Of a DNA stretch of 64,000 nucleotides, positions 62,771 through 64,000 are shown in pieces. The stretch spans positions 1,116,001 through 1,180,000 of the forward strand of contig NW_027590122.1 of the NCBI RefSeq assembly GCF_964213995.1, read 5' to 3'. Both the position numbers and the translations under genes were made by a program. The stretch is from Mustelus asterias. Taxonomy: Eukaryota. Position 1 is the stretch's first letter. Each line of letters begins with the position of its first letter. The notes under the pieces are model-generated. The model was not told where the DNA came from. It did no database searches and saw only the letters and a list, made by a program, of their open reading frames with translations.

Positions 62771-63235
62771 TGCCAAACCGACTGAGAACTTACAACATCT
62801 GCTGTTTATATTTTTATTCTCGGTTTTATTGTTACATATAACACACAGCAAGTCGGCAATGATCAGTGGATTGAGGACAGGGTTAAACATTCACCAGACT
62901 GACATTTTTAGTTCCGTAAAATTCTGAGATAGAAAGTAATGAGTTTAAACCAATCGTGCGTCAGTTGCTTTCACTGTTTGCTCTGTGTTGCCTTGTATGA
63001 TTTGGAGGACTTTGGAATTTGAAAGCTACACATGAGCAGCTTATTGGTTTGTTTCACCTCACTGTCTATTTCATGTTCCAAGTAACAGCAACCGCTGCTG
63101 TTGTTGGCGGAAGGAGCCACTCCTGTTCCATCGAAACATGGCATTTTGTCCGTCTCTGGTATCAACAAGTACTGGAATGGAGCTGAAGTGCAAAAGTAGC
63201 ATAGATCGGTGAGATTAAAGTGCAGACAGACGCAA

Positions 63236-63307
63236 TCCCTGATGGCCAAATGTTTAGGATTCGATGCTTCCACTGCCGCGGCCCGCGTTCAATTCCCAGT
63301 CCGGAAT
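63236..63307 (+). pseudogene. tRNA-Glu pseudogene
   Basis: tccctgatggcc..ttaggattcg..gccgcggcccgcgttcaattccc. Confidence 0.65.
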
Positions 63308-64000
63308 GCAGCTCCATTGTTATCGTGCAGCACATGAATGAACAGGAGCTGGAATTGCTTCCAGATACAGATGCGCATATCTGGAGGTACTTTCCACACT
63401 ATCTGGAATTACTTCTCTACTTCCTGATCGAAACCACGAGTGATACTCATGCCGGTTTGCAAAACAAGGATGAAATATCCGTCTCGTTCCACAATCCTAT
63501 CAGTTGCCCCCAGCGGTTTATATTTCCATTGCTTCTACTGGTTCCTCTTGTCGAAATGAATAATGATGTATTCTACTGCATTAAATCTGAGCCATAATAT
63601 GATCGAGCGAAGGTATTTCATGAAATTTAAACTAAAACAATTGAAATTTCTACAGCAGTGAGATTGGATCACAAGCCTACACAAAACCTCAATTCATTGC
63701 CTCGGACAACTCCTCAACTTTATCAGTCGGGAAGAACATTCTGTACCGGTTGCTTTTGCCAGTGAACAGAATCGATGGAGTTGGAGTGGGTCATATTTCC
63801 CTTTGCGCCTCCTCTACCACATAATAACGTCATGTTGGATCGCCAAGCTCAAGACCAATTTCCCACCTAATTCAGAAATCATTTTATTCCCTTAGAGTTC
63901 AAAAATCTCGCCATGTTAGCCGTCAACATTCTCATTGGCCGAGGATGCACAGACCTCTGGGCAACAGAATTCCAAAGATTCACAAGCCTTGGAGCGAAGA

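Noticed and set aside
62010-62890. Several long overlapping ORFs (up to 218 aa)
   Set aside because: Produced by CA microsatellite and minisatellite lacking stops

Overview
Eukaryotic, repeat-rich DNA, almost certainly from a cartilaginous fish (HE1/V-SINEs, CR1 LINEs, Penelope-like elements, an IgNAR-type V), and apparently part of the TCR alpha/delta V region. (1) 211-11005: a defective endogenous retrovirus on the minus strand, with two 707-bp LTRs, a TACAG target-site duplication, a tRNA-Phe PBS, gag, an integrase remnant and a gamma-type env. It has a second diverged gag-like segment where pro/RT should be, is inserted in a CR1, and is itself hit by a CR1 and a Penelope-derived 96-bp palindrome. 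(2) 15216-19025, minus strand: a NAR-TCR cassette made of a leader, an intact IgNAR-like V with 22-RSS, an unusually long 12-RSS J with no visible D, and a leaderless, damaged supporting TCR-delta V. That V is followed by six tandem 23-bp-spacer RSSs, the most unusual structure here. (3) About 22-52 kb and 61.7-63.3 kb: a segmentally duplicated field of mostly decayed tRNA genes (Gln, Glu, Val, Lys, Leu, intron-bearing Pro) with many CR1, SINE and Penelope insertions. (4) 58.1-60.7 kb, plus strand: one TCR alpha/delta V pseudogene, one possible relic and one apparently intact V. All calls are by eye; no alignments or database searches were run, and boundaries of decayed repeats are approximate.
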